The translations under genes were made by a program, and so were the position numbers. From a virus (lineage: Duplodnaviria > Heunggongvirae > Uroviricota > Caudoviricetes), in IMG/VR virus record IMGVR_UViG_3300043447_000408, positions 1-64,000 of that record: a stretch of 64,000 bases of DNA. One strand, 5' to 3'. The notes beneath the pieces are model-generated. The model was not told the DNA's origin and made no database searches. It saw nothing but the letters and a program-made list of their open reading frames with translations. Shown in pieces: positions 1 through 9,861 of the stretch. How positions within the stretch are numbered: the stretch's first letter is position 1; every line of letters begins with the position of its first letter.

Positions 1-118
1 ACTCTAAAACATCTATTAAATTTAAGACATTTTGTGTGTCGGTTTTAAGTTCTTTTATCTTTGACATTTTTAAAAAGTTTTTAATAAAAATATAGGGGTT
101 TTATTTTGTAATAACAAA

Positions 119-607
119 TTATTTGAGGTTATTTGTTCTGTCCCATTTAGCTTTTCTTGCTTCAGGTGATAACATATGCGTCTCATCAATTGTATGTGGG
201 ATTTGAACTCTCACACACGTTTGAGGTAATCTACTATTCATAAAATAATTGTTGATGTACCCCATCATATTTGCGGAACCAATTGGGTTTGCTGAGTGGA
301 TGTATATCTGTGGTAAGGGTATGTTTTTATTCATACTCTCAGCAACTAACCACTTACAACAATCATAACCTGTTTTCTCATTAACTATATTATCATAGTT
401 TAATGTGTAGTTATTTTTTACGTTTGTATAGTATTCAACCATTGAGAGTTCACCTAAGTCGTGGTCCAATGATATAACTTCATAGTTTTCCAAACCATTA
501 AGTCTTATTTGGGTAACAAACTCATCATAGTTTCTTACTACTTTCCAATCACCTTCTGTTGGTGTTCTTACATCGTCAAGATATAAGTAAATTTTATTTT
601 TATTCAT
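119..607 (-). CDS. hypothetical protein with receiver-like acidic motifs
   Basis: 162-aa ORF; motifs YLDDVRTP and ISLDHDLGE resemble a REC-fold acidic pocket; 8-nt overlap with downstream RNA ligase gene. Confidence 0.5.
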   Translation of the reverse strand: MNKNKIYLYLDDVRTPTEGDWKVVRNYDEFVTQIRLNGLENYEVISLDHDLGELSMVEYYTNVKNNYTLNYDNIVNEKTGYDCCKWLVAESMNKNIPLPQIYIHSANPIGSANMMGYINNYFMNSRLPQTCVRVQIPHTIDETHMLSPEARKAKWDRTNNLK

Positions 608-1796
608 CTTTTTTAAATGGTTTTGAATATTTTGGATAAAGATTTTTCCAAATCAAATCCGTGTAATCTTTATTATCTAACATCCTAAATAGGAGTGACT
701 GTAAATCTAATTTTTGTTCTTTTATAATTAGGGCAGACTCCTTTCTAGACATTTCAGGTTTTATAAATTTCATAAATGTTAACTCCGCCATTGTTTTTGT
801 GATATTAAACATTTGTGTAAATTTATTTTCTTCACTCTTTACCCAATCATAGAATTCGTCCGGTACTTTATCTAATATTTCATCAAGTGGTTTACCAGCT
901 CTTAGATATTCCCATATGTCACGATTGGATACATTGGTTAAAATTCTGTGAAGTCGCTTGTATTCCTCTCCTTTGATTTTCATACGAAAACCATTCTTGA
1001 AACGAACAACATATCCCTCTCTATCATTTGATATTTCCTCCTTCAACAAATCATAACCTTCTCCCCAAGTTTTATATAACATAACAACACGGAATCCGAT
1101 ATTGGAAATCATATTTTGGAAACGAATATCTTCATTGCTGTTACGAATATCAACTTCATTACCTGATTTTGTTTCAATCATTCCTAACAAAACAATATCT
1201 TCATAATCATATTCACATACTATTCTATTCTCTTTGTAAATTATCTCAAACAAATATGTGTAACCCTTATGTAGTCTCTCGAAATCATATCTATCTAAAA
1301 GTTCTTTTCCTTTAATAGATTGTGATGATGTGAATGAACCACGAGTTGCCATTATCCACTCACCTTTTGTTTTTGGTGTTGGTTCATAATATGGGTTATC
1401 AAAATCAGGTAAGTTGTTTGGGTCAAAGAACCTTTCCATACCTGTTTCATAATTGTTATTAAACCATATGTTATATCTTTTCTCGTCACTCAATTCATAT
1501 TCGTAATAGAAAAGAATACCTAATGAACCATCCATCTTTTCATAAACCTCAAAAGTTTCATTTGGTAAATCTTCTGGTTTATGTTCTTCGTAGTTGAAGA
1601 ATTTCTTAAAGGGTCGTGCAACAATATCACCTTTTGAATTGGTGACCAATCCACGACATTGGATTGTAACATCGTCCCACAACTTTTCGTATTGAACTCT
1701 TGGACCATAATTCCAAATAGTTAAATCGAGAGTTGGGTGAGTCTGTTTATGTAACAACCCGTCTTTGTGATATTTTTCTAATGTCTCTAATTTCAT
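600..1796 (-). CDS. RNA ligase (Rnl2-like nucleotidyltransferase)
   Basis: 398 aa; covalent nucleotidyltransferase KxDG motif in YEKMDGSLGILFY; size and layout like T4 RnlB-type ligases. Confidence 0.8.
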   Translation of the reverse strand: MKLETLEKYHKDGLLHKQTHPTLDLTIWNYGPRVQYEKLWDDVTIQCRGLVTNSKGDIVARPFKKFFNYEEHKPEDLPNETFEVYEKMDGSLGILFYYEYELSDEKRYNIWFNNNYETGMERFFDPNNLPDFDNPYYEPTPKTKGEWIMATRGSFTSSQSIKGKELLDRYDFERLHKGYTYLFEIIYKENRIVCEYDYEDIVLLGMIETKSGNEVDIRNSNEDIRFQNMISNIGFRVVMLYKTWGEGYDLLKEEISNDREGYVVRFKNGFRMKIKGEEYKRLHRILTNVSNRDIWEYLRAGKPLDEILDKVPDEFYDWVKSEENKFTQMFNITKTMAELTFMKFIKPEMSRKESALIIKEQKLDLQSLLFRMLDNKDYTDLIWKNLYPKYSKPFKKDE

Positions 1797-2446
1797 CTGT
1801 CAACGTTTAACATATCATCTACGTGATGGTCATCGGCACCAAGTTCTGAACCTATCTCTCTTTTCTTCATATCGTTCAATACCTTCTTCAAATCGTATGG
1901 TGCGAACTCAAGGTTACCATCCATACCAACATCCATTCTACGTCCATTACTATACTTTTTATGGTTAGGTAAATGACAATGTCCGTGAAGATGAACACGT
2001 CCTTTACGAAGTCCATTCCACGATGATATTGGATAGTGGCACATTTCTATTGTTTCACCTTGGTATGAGAATTGTTCAAACCAATTAACACTTAGAAATT
2101 TATTACGGATATCGTCTCGATTTCTATCGATGTGGTGGTCGTGATTACCCAAAACTAAATGAATATTCTTACAGATTAATCTATTGTAAAATTCTTCTAT
2201 TTGTTCAAACCCACCAAACGACCAATCACCCAAATGTATTAATACATCATCTTGACCTACCAATTCATTGATGTTGTTTACAATTGAGGAATTCATTTTA
2301 TCGATAGTTTCAAAATCTCTTGTTTGTGCTATCGGTATCGAACCATCAGGCATTCTCCATTTGGTAGTTCCGCGACATATATTACTATGATTGTAATGTG
2401 TGTCAGATGTTATCCAAACTTTCACATTATTATCTATCTTTATCAT
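1793..2446 (-). CDS. calcineurin-like metallophosphoesterase
   Basis: motifs SDTHYNH, GDWSFGG, GNHDHH, HLHGHCH typical of the MPP superfamily; ATGA overlap with ligase gene. Confidence 0.8.
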   Translation of the reverse strand: MIKIDNNVKVWITSDTHYNHSNICRGTTKWRMPDGSIPIAQTRDFETIDKMNSSIVNNINELVGQDDVLIHLGDWSFGGFEQIEEFYNRLICKNIHLVLGNHDHHIDRNRDDIRNKFLSVNWFEQFSYQGETIEMCHYPISSWNGLRKGRVHLHGHCHLPNHKKYSNGRRMDVGMDGNLEFAPYDLKKVLNDMKKREIGSELGADDHHVDDMLNVDR

Positions 2447-2877
2447 CCTCTGAAAAATTTAAATTCTTTATTTTTAGGTCTTCTGTTTGGTGGTTCTATC
2501 CTTTCTATTGCTGACCTAATCGCAACTTCTCTTTCTGATTGTGCTTGAGCAATTCGTGATATTGGTGGTGGAGGTGGAATGGATTTCCAATAATTTGGAA
2601 TTGCATTTTTATTAATTAATCCTAATGTTTGAAACCATTTCTTGTGTCTATCATTAGATTCACTTTCTTTCTTTCGTTTTTCTTTTATGATTTTTTCCTC
2701 GTCATCTCCAATTAATAAGGCCAATATTGGACCTAATATTATTGCACCCATTATTATCTCCCAAGTTAATCTCCAACGTTTACTGTGATAGACCATCACA
2801 TATGTTGCGGATATCATCCAAAAAAATGATAATACAAAAATTAATTCATTACTCATTTGATAAAATTTATTTAACAA
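2443..2877 (-). CDS. membrane protein (two TM segments, Pro-rich tail)
   Basis: hydrophobic segments plus basic/Pro-rich C-terminus; ATGA overlap upstream. Confidence 0.45.
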   Translation of the reverse strand: MLNKFYQMSNELIFVLSFFWMISATYVMVYHSKRWRLTWEIIMGAIILGPILALLIGDDEEKIIKEKRKKESESNDRHKKWFQTLGLINKNAIPNYWKSIPPPPPISRIAQAQSEREVAIRSAIERIEPPNRRPKNKEFKFFRG

Positions 2878-3371
2878 AAATCAGTTGATGAACTTACTCG
2901 AAGTCCATCGATTATTAAATCGTCATATTTTTCACTATCAGTCCAAAATGACCCGTGACCTTTTAGTCTTTCTTGTTTACGATACTCTTTATTAACAACC
3001 AAACCATCAGGTTCTCCCCAATTAAGAGCCATCACAATAAATTCATTCACATCTAACTCTTCTCCATATTCATCAACAACACGACCATCTCGAATGAATT
3101 TAAGTAATTCTTCTTTATTGGAGTAGTATTTGTTATCGTGAAAATTCCAACAGAATTTCCAACCACCACTTCGTTTACCTAAATGAATGTTAGTGCCGTC
3201 AATAAATGTATCCCAAGGTGATTCTGAACCCCATTGGTCGTCAATTGGGACTCTAAATCCACATTCAATGTTAGATGGTGATATATCTAAATTGGTGACA
3301 CCACGAATTAGTTTGGTCTTTTTGTTTTCCATCTCTTCCACCGTTGGAATTCGATAATAATTTGTTCCCAT
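2871..3371 (-). CDS. hypothetical protein
   Basis: 166-aa ORF in co-oriented block. Confidence 0.5.
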   Translation of the reverse strand: MGTNYYRIPTVEEMENKKTKLIRGVTNLDISPSNIECGFRVPIDDQWGSESPWDTFIDGTNIHLGKRSGGWKFCWNFHDNKYYSNKEELLKFIRDGRVVDEYGEELDVNEFIVMALNWGEPDGLVVNKEYRKQERLKGHGSFWTDSEKYDDLIIDGLRVSSSTDFC

Positions 3372-3427
3372 TGTTAGTAAGTTCTTTTACGTAAAAATAC
3401 ATATTATTATTGATATTACAAAATATC

Positions 3428-3454
3428 AAAAAAAATCCCCGAAAAATCGGGGAT
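3428..3454 (-). terminator. rho-independent terminator (minus strand)
   Basis: inverted repeat tccccg/cgggga with 6-nt loop; plus-strand A8 run gives T8 after the hairpin on the minus strand; lies immediately downstream of gene 3459-3893. Confidence 0.6.
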
Positions 3455-3458
3455 TGAA

Positions 3459-3893
3459 TTATAATTTAACATTGAATCGGTCTCTCATTTGTTCGACCTT
3501 TTCATCTGGTACCCCGTGTACATTACTACTTCCGTGACGATTCTCCACAACAAGAGTATGGACACGATATTTGTATCTTTCCGCAATTTCAAAGTACTTC
3601 TCCATTTCCCACTCCTCGGTAAATGTATTTGCAACAACGATTCTACTGAACTCATTCTTCATTCTCTCAGCACATTTCAAAAGACAATCATTATGTGCCT
3701 CTTTCAATTTTGAACCATCGAAATTGTAAATTCCTTTATCAGACATAAAGAAGTTATCCGCAGATAAAACATCGGGATTATCACCTCTCACACATCTCAA
3801 AATAACCTCACCAACCGTAGTTTTACCTGAACCAGGTACCCCTCGTAGTAAGATTAAATCACCAACATATTCTTTATCTTCCATATTGTACAT
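3459..3893 (-). CDS. P-loop nucleotide kinase (AAA_33/Pnk-kinase-like)
   Basis: Walker A GVPGSGKTT near N-terminus, 144 aa. Confidence 0.7.
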   Translation of the reverse strand: MYNMEDKEYVGDLILLRGVPGSGKTTVGEVILRCVRGDNPDVLSADNFFMSDKGIYNFDGSKLKEAHNDCLLKCAERMKNEFSRIVVANTFTEEWEMEKYFEIAERYKYRVHTLVVENRHGSSNVHGVPDEKVEQMRDRFNVKL

Positions 3894-3906
3894 TTTTATA
3901 AATACC

Positions 3907-4446
3907 CTACAAAGATATAAAACTTGGTAATTCTAAATCCTTATCTGATATTCTTTTTTGATTTTCTGGTATTTTCCAATCTATTTTTAAGGTTTCGTCA
4001 TTGTAAACAATTCCACCTTCAGACTCCTTATTGTATTGATTATCAACCTTGTATTGAAAGATTGCGTTAGTACTCAATACTGAGAATCCGTGAGCACATC
4101 CCCTTGGAACGAAGAGTTGTCTATTCAAAGACCATCCCAACTCCACCTTAACAACCTCACCATAGGTTGGGGAGTCCTTTCTAATATCCACCACAACGTC
4201 CAAAACACGTCCTTGTGTACACGTTACTAACTTGGCCTGTTCATACTCCCCCTTTTGAAAATGAAGTCCTCTAATGGTCCCATAATGGGAATATGACATA
4301 TTATCCTGAACGAACTCAACATCATATCCCACATTTCGATTAAAGTCTTCTTTATTGTACGGTACTGAGAAGAATCCTCTATCGTCGTGAAACGATTCGT
4401 ATGTGATAAGAAAACACCCTTCGATGTCTGTCTTAATAAATTTCAT
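3907..4446 (-). CDS. rmlC: dTDP-4-dehydrorhamnose 3,5-epimerase (RmlC-type cupin)
   Basis: 179 aa; N-terminal EGCFLI..FHDDRGFF and later RGLHFQ, CAHGF motifs characteristic of RmlC. Confidence 0.75.
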   Translation of the reverse strand: MKFIKTDIEGCFLITYESFHDDRGFFSVPYNKEDFNRNVGYDVEFVQDNMSYSHYGTIRGLHFQKGEYEQAKLVTCTQGRVLDVVVDIRKDSPTYGEVVKVELGWSLNRQLFVPRGCAHGFSVLSTNAIFQYKVDNQYNKESEGGIVYNDETLKIDWKIPENQKRISDKDLELPSFISL

Positions 4447-5390
4447 TATTGGATATTTTTAAACATTTGAGGTACTGTTCCATATACCGGTAACTTACCA
4501 TCCCACTTATTAATGTACTCTAATTGTAATAATAATGGGGTTAATGTTTGTTGTTTCATTCTATTTGATTCCGCCTCAGCCTTTGCGGATGTTAACATAG
4601 CTTGAGCATTACCCTCAGCAGTTGCTACTTTAATCTTTGCCTGTGCTTCCGCAGTTTTAACTTCATTCTCTGCCCTTAACGCTGCTTGGACTGCGTTGTT
4701 CTTAGCTTCGATTGATTTCTTAAATGTTTCAGGATAAATCAAATTAGAAGTGAATTGATTAATTACGAATCCCTCTTTTAATAATTGCCCATCTAATAAT
4801 CTACGAACTTCAATTTCAAATACCGCTCTGTTACTAATCAACTCATCAGCAGTATATTTGTTAGTTGCAAGTCTGAACGCGTCATATACCGCAGTCTTTA
4901 AAAATCCTTCTTCGATATCCTCCAATGGTCTACGATACTTACTAAAAATTGTCGGTACTTTATCTCTTTGAACTGAGTAGTTCATAATAGGTGACACACT
5001 GAACTCTGAACCGTCTTTACTGTTTACAACAAATGAATTTTCACCCTTATATTCTTTGTGTTGAATGAATGTTGGGAACTCATAAACTGTAGTTGTGAAT
5101 GGGTTGTAAAACACCATACCTGTAACTGCCACCACATCATCAACACCTTTGTTATCACCATACTGATTCACTTTGACACCAACGTGTCCTGCGTCAATTC
5201 TCTCACACGAGAAAAATAAAAAAGTTAATGTAAAAAATAATCCTACTCCGATTAAAATGTTTCTCATAATTTGTTTTCTTTTTTGTTGTTGTTGTTGATT
5301 AAATTCGCTCTCCATTCGGTCGAGCTCTTCTTTTGTTCTACGATTTCCGTATCTATCGTACTGATTATCGTATCTACTAAATGATGCCAT
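4446..5390 (-). CDS. SPFH/band-7 (prohibitin/flotillin-like) protein
   Basis: N-terminal TM, SPFH core, C-terminal Ala/Glu/Lys-rich coiled coil (AAL RAENEVKTAEAQAKIKVATAEGNAQA). Confidence 0.75.
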   Translation of the reverse strand: MASFSRYDNQYDRYGNRRTKEELDRMESEFNQQQQQKRKQIMRNILIGVGLFFTLTFLFFSCERIDAGHVGVKVNQYGDNKGVDDVVAVTGMVFYNPFTTTVYEFPTFIQHKEYKGENSFVVNSKDGSEFSVSPIMNYSVQRDKVPTIFSKYRRPLEDIEEGFLKTAVYDAFRLATNKYTADELISNRAVFEIEVRRLLDGQLLKEGFVINQFTSNLIYPETFKKSIEAKNNAVQAALRAENEVKTAEAQAKIKVATAEGNAQAMLTSAKAEAESNRMKQQTLTPLLLQLEYINKWDGKLPVYGTVPQMFKNIQ

Positions 5391-5391
5391 A

Positions 5392-5790
5392 TTATTTTGT
5401 TTTATTTATTGTTGAGTGATGAGGTTTCATTGGAAACTCAGGTTTGTTTTTCTTTCTGGTTTTCACGAAAGGTTCATCGGTCTTAACGCCATCGAATTGT
5501 TTTGAGTTTCTTTTTTTCTTTGGTTTCAATTCGTCAGGATTGATGTAATCAAGTTCGGTTTCTCCGGGTTCAATATTCATTAAACCATCAACAAACTTAT
5601 CCATATTAATGTAGTAGTAAACAAACATTAAACTAAACAAACCAAGTACTCCCGATAAGATATTGAGAATTGTACTTGATGCCGTTAGTCCTGGAAATAC
5701 AATGAATGTAAAAATTGCGAACGTTCCGAAACCAACAAAGATTGGTGAAGATGTTTTCTTAGAGAAAACTTTTTTAAAAGTGTCTTTCAT
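5392..5790 (-). CDS. membrane protein, possible NfeD-like partner of SPFH protein
   Basis: two hydrophobic helices then a soluble Lys-rich tail; immediately upstream of and co-oriented with the SPFH gene. Confidence 0.45.
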   Translation of the reverse strand: MKDTFKKVFSKKTSSPIFVGFGTFAIFTFIVFPGLTASSTILNILSGVLGLFSLMFVYYYINMDKFVDGLMNIEPGETELDYINPDELKPKKKRNSKQFDGVKTDEPFVKTRKKNKPEFPMKPHHSTINKTK

Positions 5791-5839
5791 AGTTAGTAAG
5801 TTTTATTAAAATATATTAAATAATTTTGGAATTTCCAAA

Positions 5840-6160
5840 TTATTGTTCGAATTTTTTATATGTCATCCCATAAAATCCGTAATTGGTAATTACCGATTCT
5901 TTGTCCCCCATTGAAACTGCAACTTCTTCTGTTGGGAATATTGCATCAACAGGACATTCCGGTTCACAAGCACCACAATCAATACAGGTATCGGGGTTTA
6001 TGTATAGTTGTTTACCGAATAATTCCTCCTTCGACATTGTAGAAATCTCAGAAGCAATTCTATCAATATGAATTGGTCCATTGATTGCATCCACAGGGCA
6101 CACAGATACACAACTGGTGTCCAAACAATTAATACATTTTTTTCCAATAATATATGACAT
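5840..6160 (-). CDS. 2x[4Fe-4S] ferredoxin
   Basis: cysteine clusters [14 protein letters not shown] and [12 protein letters not shown], each followed by VDAI. Confidence 0.8.
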   Translation of the reverse strand: MSYIIGKKCINCLDTSCVSVCPVDAINGPIHIDRIASEISTMSKEELFGKQLYINPDTCIDCGACEPECPVDAIFPTEEVAVSMGDKESVITNYGFYGMTYKKFEQ

Positions 6161-6169
6161 ATAATAATT

Positions 6170-6586
6170 TTAACTATCGAACCAAAAGACAAATCGAGGA
6201 ACCATACCACGATTATCCAATGATTTCATTATATCTAATACAAGATGATAATCAGTACCAACAAACACATCCTCATCTTCATTCTTTAACATCTCCTCAA
6301 TTAACATTTCATATTCATTTAATGATAACCAAGAGTGTGAATGGTTATATTCATCATCCCCATTAGCTTCCCTAACTTCGAAACTTAGGTTACCTTTTGG
6401 TAGTCCTTTTGGTCTCACACCAAATTCTAATTCAGGTTCGTATCTAACAGCACCATCGGTTAAATAACCAAATAGGTTATAGTTTCTACCTAAACTAAGT
6501 TCTTCCGATACCGCATTCCATTGTGGTTCATCTCTTTTATCGTCCTTACTACGATACTCAATAAATCCGTGAATATCACAACCCAT
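6170..6586 (-). CDS. hypothetical protein
   Basis: 138-aa ORF, acidic. Confidence 0.5.
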   Translation of the reverse strand: MGCDIHGFIEYRSKDDKRDEPQWNAVSEELSLGRNYNLFGYLTDGAVRYEPELEFGVRPKGLPKGNLSFEVREANGDDEYNHSHSWLSLNEYEMLIEEMLKNEDEDVFVGTDYHLVLDIMKSLDNRGMVPRFVFWFDS

Positions 6587-7172
6587 AATTCATTTTTTTT
6601 GATTGGTAAATTACTTTATTCATTGTACTTGTTTCTTTCTTTATCACATCATTAAAGAACATCCAATCGTTTGGATATTCCTTTTTTAATTTATCCAACA
6701 ATTCTTTTTTTGTTAAATAAATTCTGTTGTATTCAAAATCATATTCTTTTTTATTATGTGGGAATTTCCCATCGAATAATGTAGATAGATTTTTTAGATT
6801 TATAAACTCAAACTTTATTTTGCTTTGAGTAATTTCTTTTAATAAAGTACTCCACAGATTTGTTGACCAATGTTCTGCGTCATTTATTTTAAACAGTTTT
6901 ATAACTGGTTTTAAATCTAATTCGTCGAGAGTACGTTCTCTACAATACGTTAAGACTTCAGTGTGGAATGCCGTTATGAAATGTTCCTCCGGTTGTCGAT
7001 AAACAAAGTAATTTGTTTTCTCGTTTCCCGTGTAATTTTTTGTTAAATCATAATGCGAATCGTACTTTGAAAATGCTAATGGTTTAGTATAGTCATAGAG
7101 CCATCTTGTCCCACTCTTTAAAGGAGCAAGAACACTAACACCATCCCCATACCAATACCTTTTTAATACCAT
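6576..7172 (-). CDS. hypothetical protein
   Basis: 198-aa ORF overlapping neighbours by a few nt. Confidence 0.5.
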   Translation of the reverse strand: MVLKRYWYGDGVSVLAPLKSGTRWLYDYTKPLAFSKYDSHYDLTKNYTGNEKTNYFVYRQPEEHFITAFHTEVLTYCRERTLDELDLKPVIKLFKINDAEHWSTNLWSTLLKEITQSKIKFEFINLKNLSTLFDGKFPHNKKEYDFEYNRIYLTKKELLDKLKKEYPNDWMFFNDVIKKETSTMNKVIYQSKKMNYGL

Positions 7173-7831
7173 CTTCTCAATACTTCAATAACATCCCACG
7201 CATCTTCCAATGCATTATGTGTAACAATACCTTTAACACCCGCACGTTCTTTACAAACTGTTAAGTTTGGTAATGACTTATCGTTTACCCAATCGACCAT
7301 TAAGATTGCCGGGTCCAAAACTCTTTGACGAGTACGAATTAACTTTTGCCACCAAGGAAGTTCTTGTAAAAATAGTTTATCAAACGTTCCAAAGTTTTTA
7401 CCCGCAACATTTAATGTGATTGGTTTGGTACCACCATTAATCATTGGTCTGGTTACACCATCAACAACTTCGGCATAACCACCACTGTTGGTTAGTCCGT
7501 GGCCAAATCCATTCTTATCTAAGAAGTAATAAAATTCTTTAATCACATCTTCTTTCTCATAAAAACTATAATCAGAATGTGTGTTCATTAAATGTCTAGT
7601 CTCATTAGTCCCTTCAAGATATTCACCAATCATTGCAATGATTTCTTTGTTCATCGTGATTGCTCTTGGTGAACCTGTGATTTCGTTTTGAAGGACTATT
7701 GCATTGAACTTGGGACATTCTTCATATGGTAACTTCTTTTCAGTATCTTCGATGATTGCACCGATGGATAATACTTTGTGTTTCTCGTGGTCAAGACCGG
7801 ATGTCTCAATATCAATTGATACGTAAATCAT
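7163..7831 (-). CDS. DEDDh 3'-5' exonuclease (DnaQ/RNase T-like)
   Basis: Exo I motif VSIDIETSGLD, C-terminal THNALEDAWDV (Exo III H-x4-D). Confidence 0.7.
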   Translation of the reverse strand: MIYVSIDIETSGLDHEKHKVLSIGAIIEDTEKKLPYEECPKFNAIVLQNEITGSPRAITMNKEIIAMIGEYLEGTNETRHLMNTHSDYSFYEKEDVIKEFYYFLDKNGFGHGLTNSGGYAEVVDGVTRPMINGGTKPITLNVAGKNFGTFDKLFLQELPWWQKLIRTRQRVLDPAILMVDWVNDKSLPNLTVCKERAGVKGIVTHNALEDAWDVIEVLRRWY

Positions 7832-7997
7832 TTTTTATGAAATTAAAGGTGTGAATAACAGATGTAAAAAATATAACAAAAAAAATCAACAATCCAAAAT
7901 CCATATTGATTTTCGGGTAAAAAATGATGAACAATCCGGGTGATGCCATCACTAAGAGTAATTTGAGGAGTTTACTTGTATTTTTCATAATATTCAA
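7812..7997 (-). CDS. small membrane protein
   Basis: 61-aa hydrophobic ORF. Confidence 0.3.
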   Translation of the reverse strand: MNIMKNTSKLLKLLLVMASPGLFIIFYPKINMDFGLLIFFVIFFTSVIHTFNFIKNDLRIN

Positions 7998-8065
7998 TTA
8001 AAATACAAATATAAAATATATTCTTGAATAACAAAAAAAAACCTCACATTTGTGAGGTTAATTTT

Positions 8066-8308
8066 TTACATAAATAATTGATGTTTGGAGTGTAGTTTCA
8101 TAACGTGTTTACAATCAGGTAGATTGTCCTTTCCTTCACACCATCTAATTGCTAAATTGGTTAGTAAAGATGCATCATCACGAGACATCGAAACCTCACT
8201 TTCTTTATTAGATTGGTAGTTTTTCAACATTTCATCCCAAGTATAGTCTTCAACTAATTTTACTACATTTTTAAGTTGTGATTCGGTAATTGCTATTTTC
8301 TTTGACAT
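8066..8308 (-). CDS. hypothetical protein
   Basis: 80-aa ORF. Confidence 0.4.
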   Translation of the reverse strand: MSKKIAITESQLKNVVKLVEDYTWDEMLKNYQSNKESEVSMSRDDASLLTNLAIRWCEGKDNLPDCKHVMKLHSKHQLFM

Positions 8309-8337
8309 TTTATATGTATTTTTTTTATTATATTATT

Positions 8338-9639
8338 TTAATCAACGTTTGTAACCTCATTTGGTTCAAATAATAATTTCTCAAGGACACTATCAGGGTT
8401 AACCTCTAAAATTTTCGAAGTTAGCTCTTGGAATAATTCTAAATATAATTGTTTAAATATGTCCAAATTCTGAACACAATTCATTGAATTTGAGTCCATA
8501 TCACCAAGTGGATATGTTACACTCGCTCTAATTGGGTCAAATAAATTTCCTCTTTTAGATGCAAATGTTTGTTGGACTGTTCTAACCGAATTTGTTGCAG
8601 TGAATATTGCATTTAATTTATAAACATCACCTGTAACGTTTCCAATAACGGTTAAGTCAGAAATAACATTAAAAGCTTTTTCACCTTTTTGAACCGCTTG
8701 TTTATATAATTTTAAAATTGGGGTTAATTCAAATTGTGATTTATCATATGCTCTTTGTTGTGGGTCCCACTTTCCGCCTGAGTAAACTTGACCAGCATAA
8801 TTTCTAACCATTTTACTCGGGTCTGGTCTTTTACCTTTTGGTTTTGCACCAGTCTCTAATGACATTCTAAAATCAAGGATTTTTTCAATTGCGTCTTGAA
8901 TATCGTTATCATCTCTAACAGTATGGTAGTTGAAATATATTTCGGGTCCACAAAACTTAGATTCTTTATCTCTGTATGGAGATAAAATATTAATGTTTGA
9001 AGTTGGTTCGGTAAAAGTTGATTCTCCCTTTAATTCAGGAATTCCACATTTATCTAAATGTGTTATTATACTTTTTTGATTAAAGAACGCATTTATTAAT
9101 GGATTAACAAGTGTTCTTTTAGCCATAGAATCGTTTTTACTTAATCCAAGTCTTTCTCTTACTTTGGCTCTTTGTTCCTCATCTTCTTTATTCCAACCGA
9201 ATTTCTTTTGTCTTGCGGCTAATTTATCAATTCTTCTATCCACTTTTACTTCAGTATCTACAGGACCTTCGTAACTTGTACCATACTTAGGTGTTCTTGG
9301 CGGGAATTTAAATGTATTAATTACATTATCATTTCCATCAATCTCAACATATCTTGTTTCTCGTTTTCCATTTTCCAAATTAAGGAATGGTACTAATCTG
9401 TGTTCTAATGGACCGGTTCTCACCGTATGAGATTTAATAGTACCTGGCTCTAATTGTTCACCTGTCTTTGAATCAATAGCATTTACGGGAATTCCTCTTA
9501 TGGAATCCACGTTAAATGTCATTTGTTGAGGTAATTCAGAGGGTGCCCACATTGCATTGAGGGCCATTTCCGATAACTCATAACTTTGAACTTCTTCAAG
9601 TATAAGTTTAGATATAAATTCTTTAGTTAAAAATTCCAT
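8338..9639 (-). CDS. hypothetical protein (433 aa)
   Basis: long ORF, no recognisable motif. Confidence 0.55.
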   Translation of the reverse strand: MEFLTKEFISKLILEEVQSYELSEMALNAMWAPSELPQQMTFNVDSIRGIPVNAIDSKTGEQLEPGTIKSHTVRTGPLEHRLVPFLNLENGKRETRYVEIDGNDNVINTFKFPPRTPKYGTSYEGPVDTEVKVDRRIDKLAARQKKFGWNKEDEEQRAKVRERLGLSKNDSMAKRTLVNPLINAFFNQKSIITHLDKCGIPELKGESTFTEPTSNINILSPYRDKESKFCGPEIYFNYHTVRDDNDIQDAIEKILDFRMSLETGAKPKGKRPDPSKMVRNYAGQVYSGGKWDPQQRAYDKSQFELTPILKLYKQAVQKGEKAFNVISDLTVIGNVTGDVYKLNAIFTATNSVRTVQQTFASKRGNLFDPIRASVTYPLGDMDSNSMNCVQNLDIFKQLYLELFQELTSKILEVNPDSVLEKLLFEPNEVTNVD

Positions 9640-9712
9640 TATGTTTTGGTTTTATTCTATAAATATACCAAAACGTACTTTAATTCTTTATATTAGTAAA
9701 GCTATAGGAACT

Positions 9713-9859
9713 TTATTTCTTTTTCTTGAATAGGTCTGATAGTTTTTTACCCGGTTTTAGGATTCTTCCGGTTTTTTCATCCATCATAGGGGCTCTGTAG
9801 ATTTCAAAAGCCGTCCATAGACCTACTACAATCATACCAATTCCAATGTAGAAAAACAT
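9713..9859 (-). CDS. small single-TM protein (48 aa), not in ORF track
   Basis: ATG at 9859, frame MFFYIGIGMIVVGLWTAFEIYRAP...KKKK, stop at 9713-9715; fills an otherwise empty gap. Confidence 0.3.
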   Translation of the reverse strand: MFFYIGIGMIVVGLWTAFEIYRAPMMDEKTGRILKPGKKLSDLFKKKK

Positions 9860-9861
9860 AG

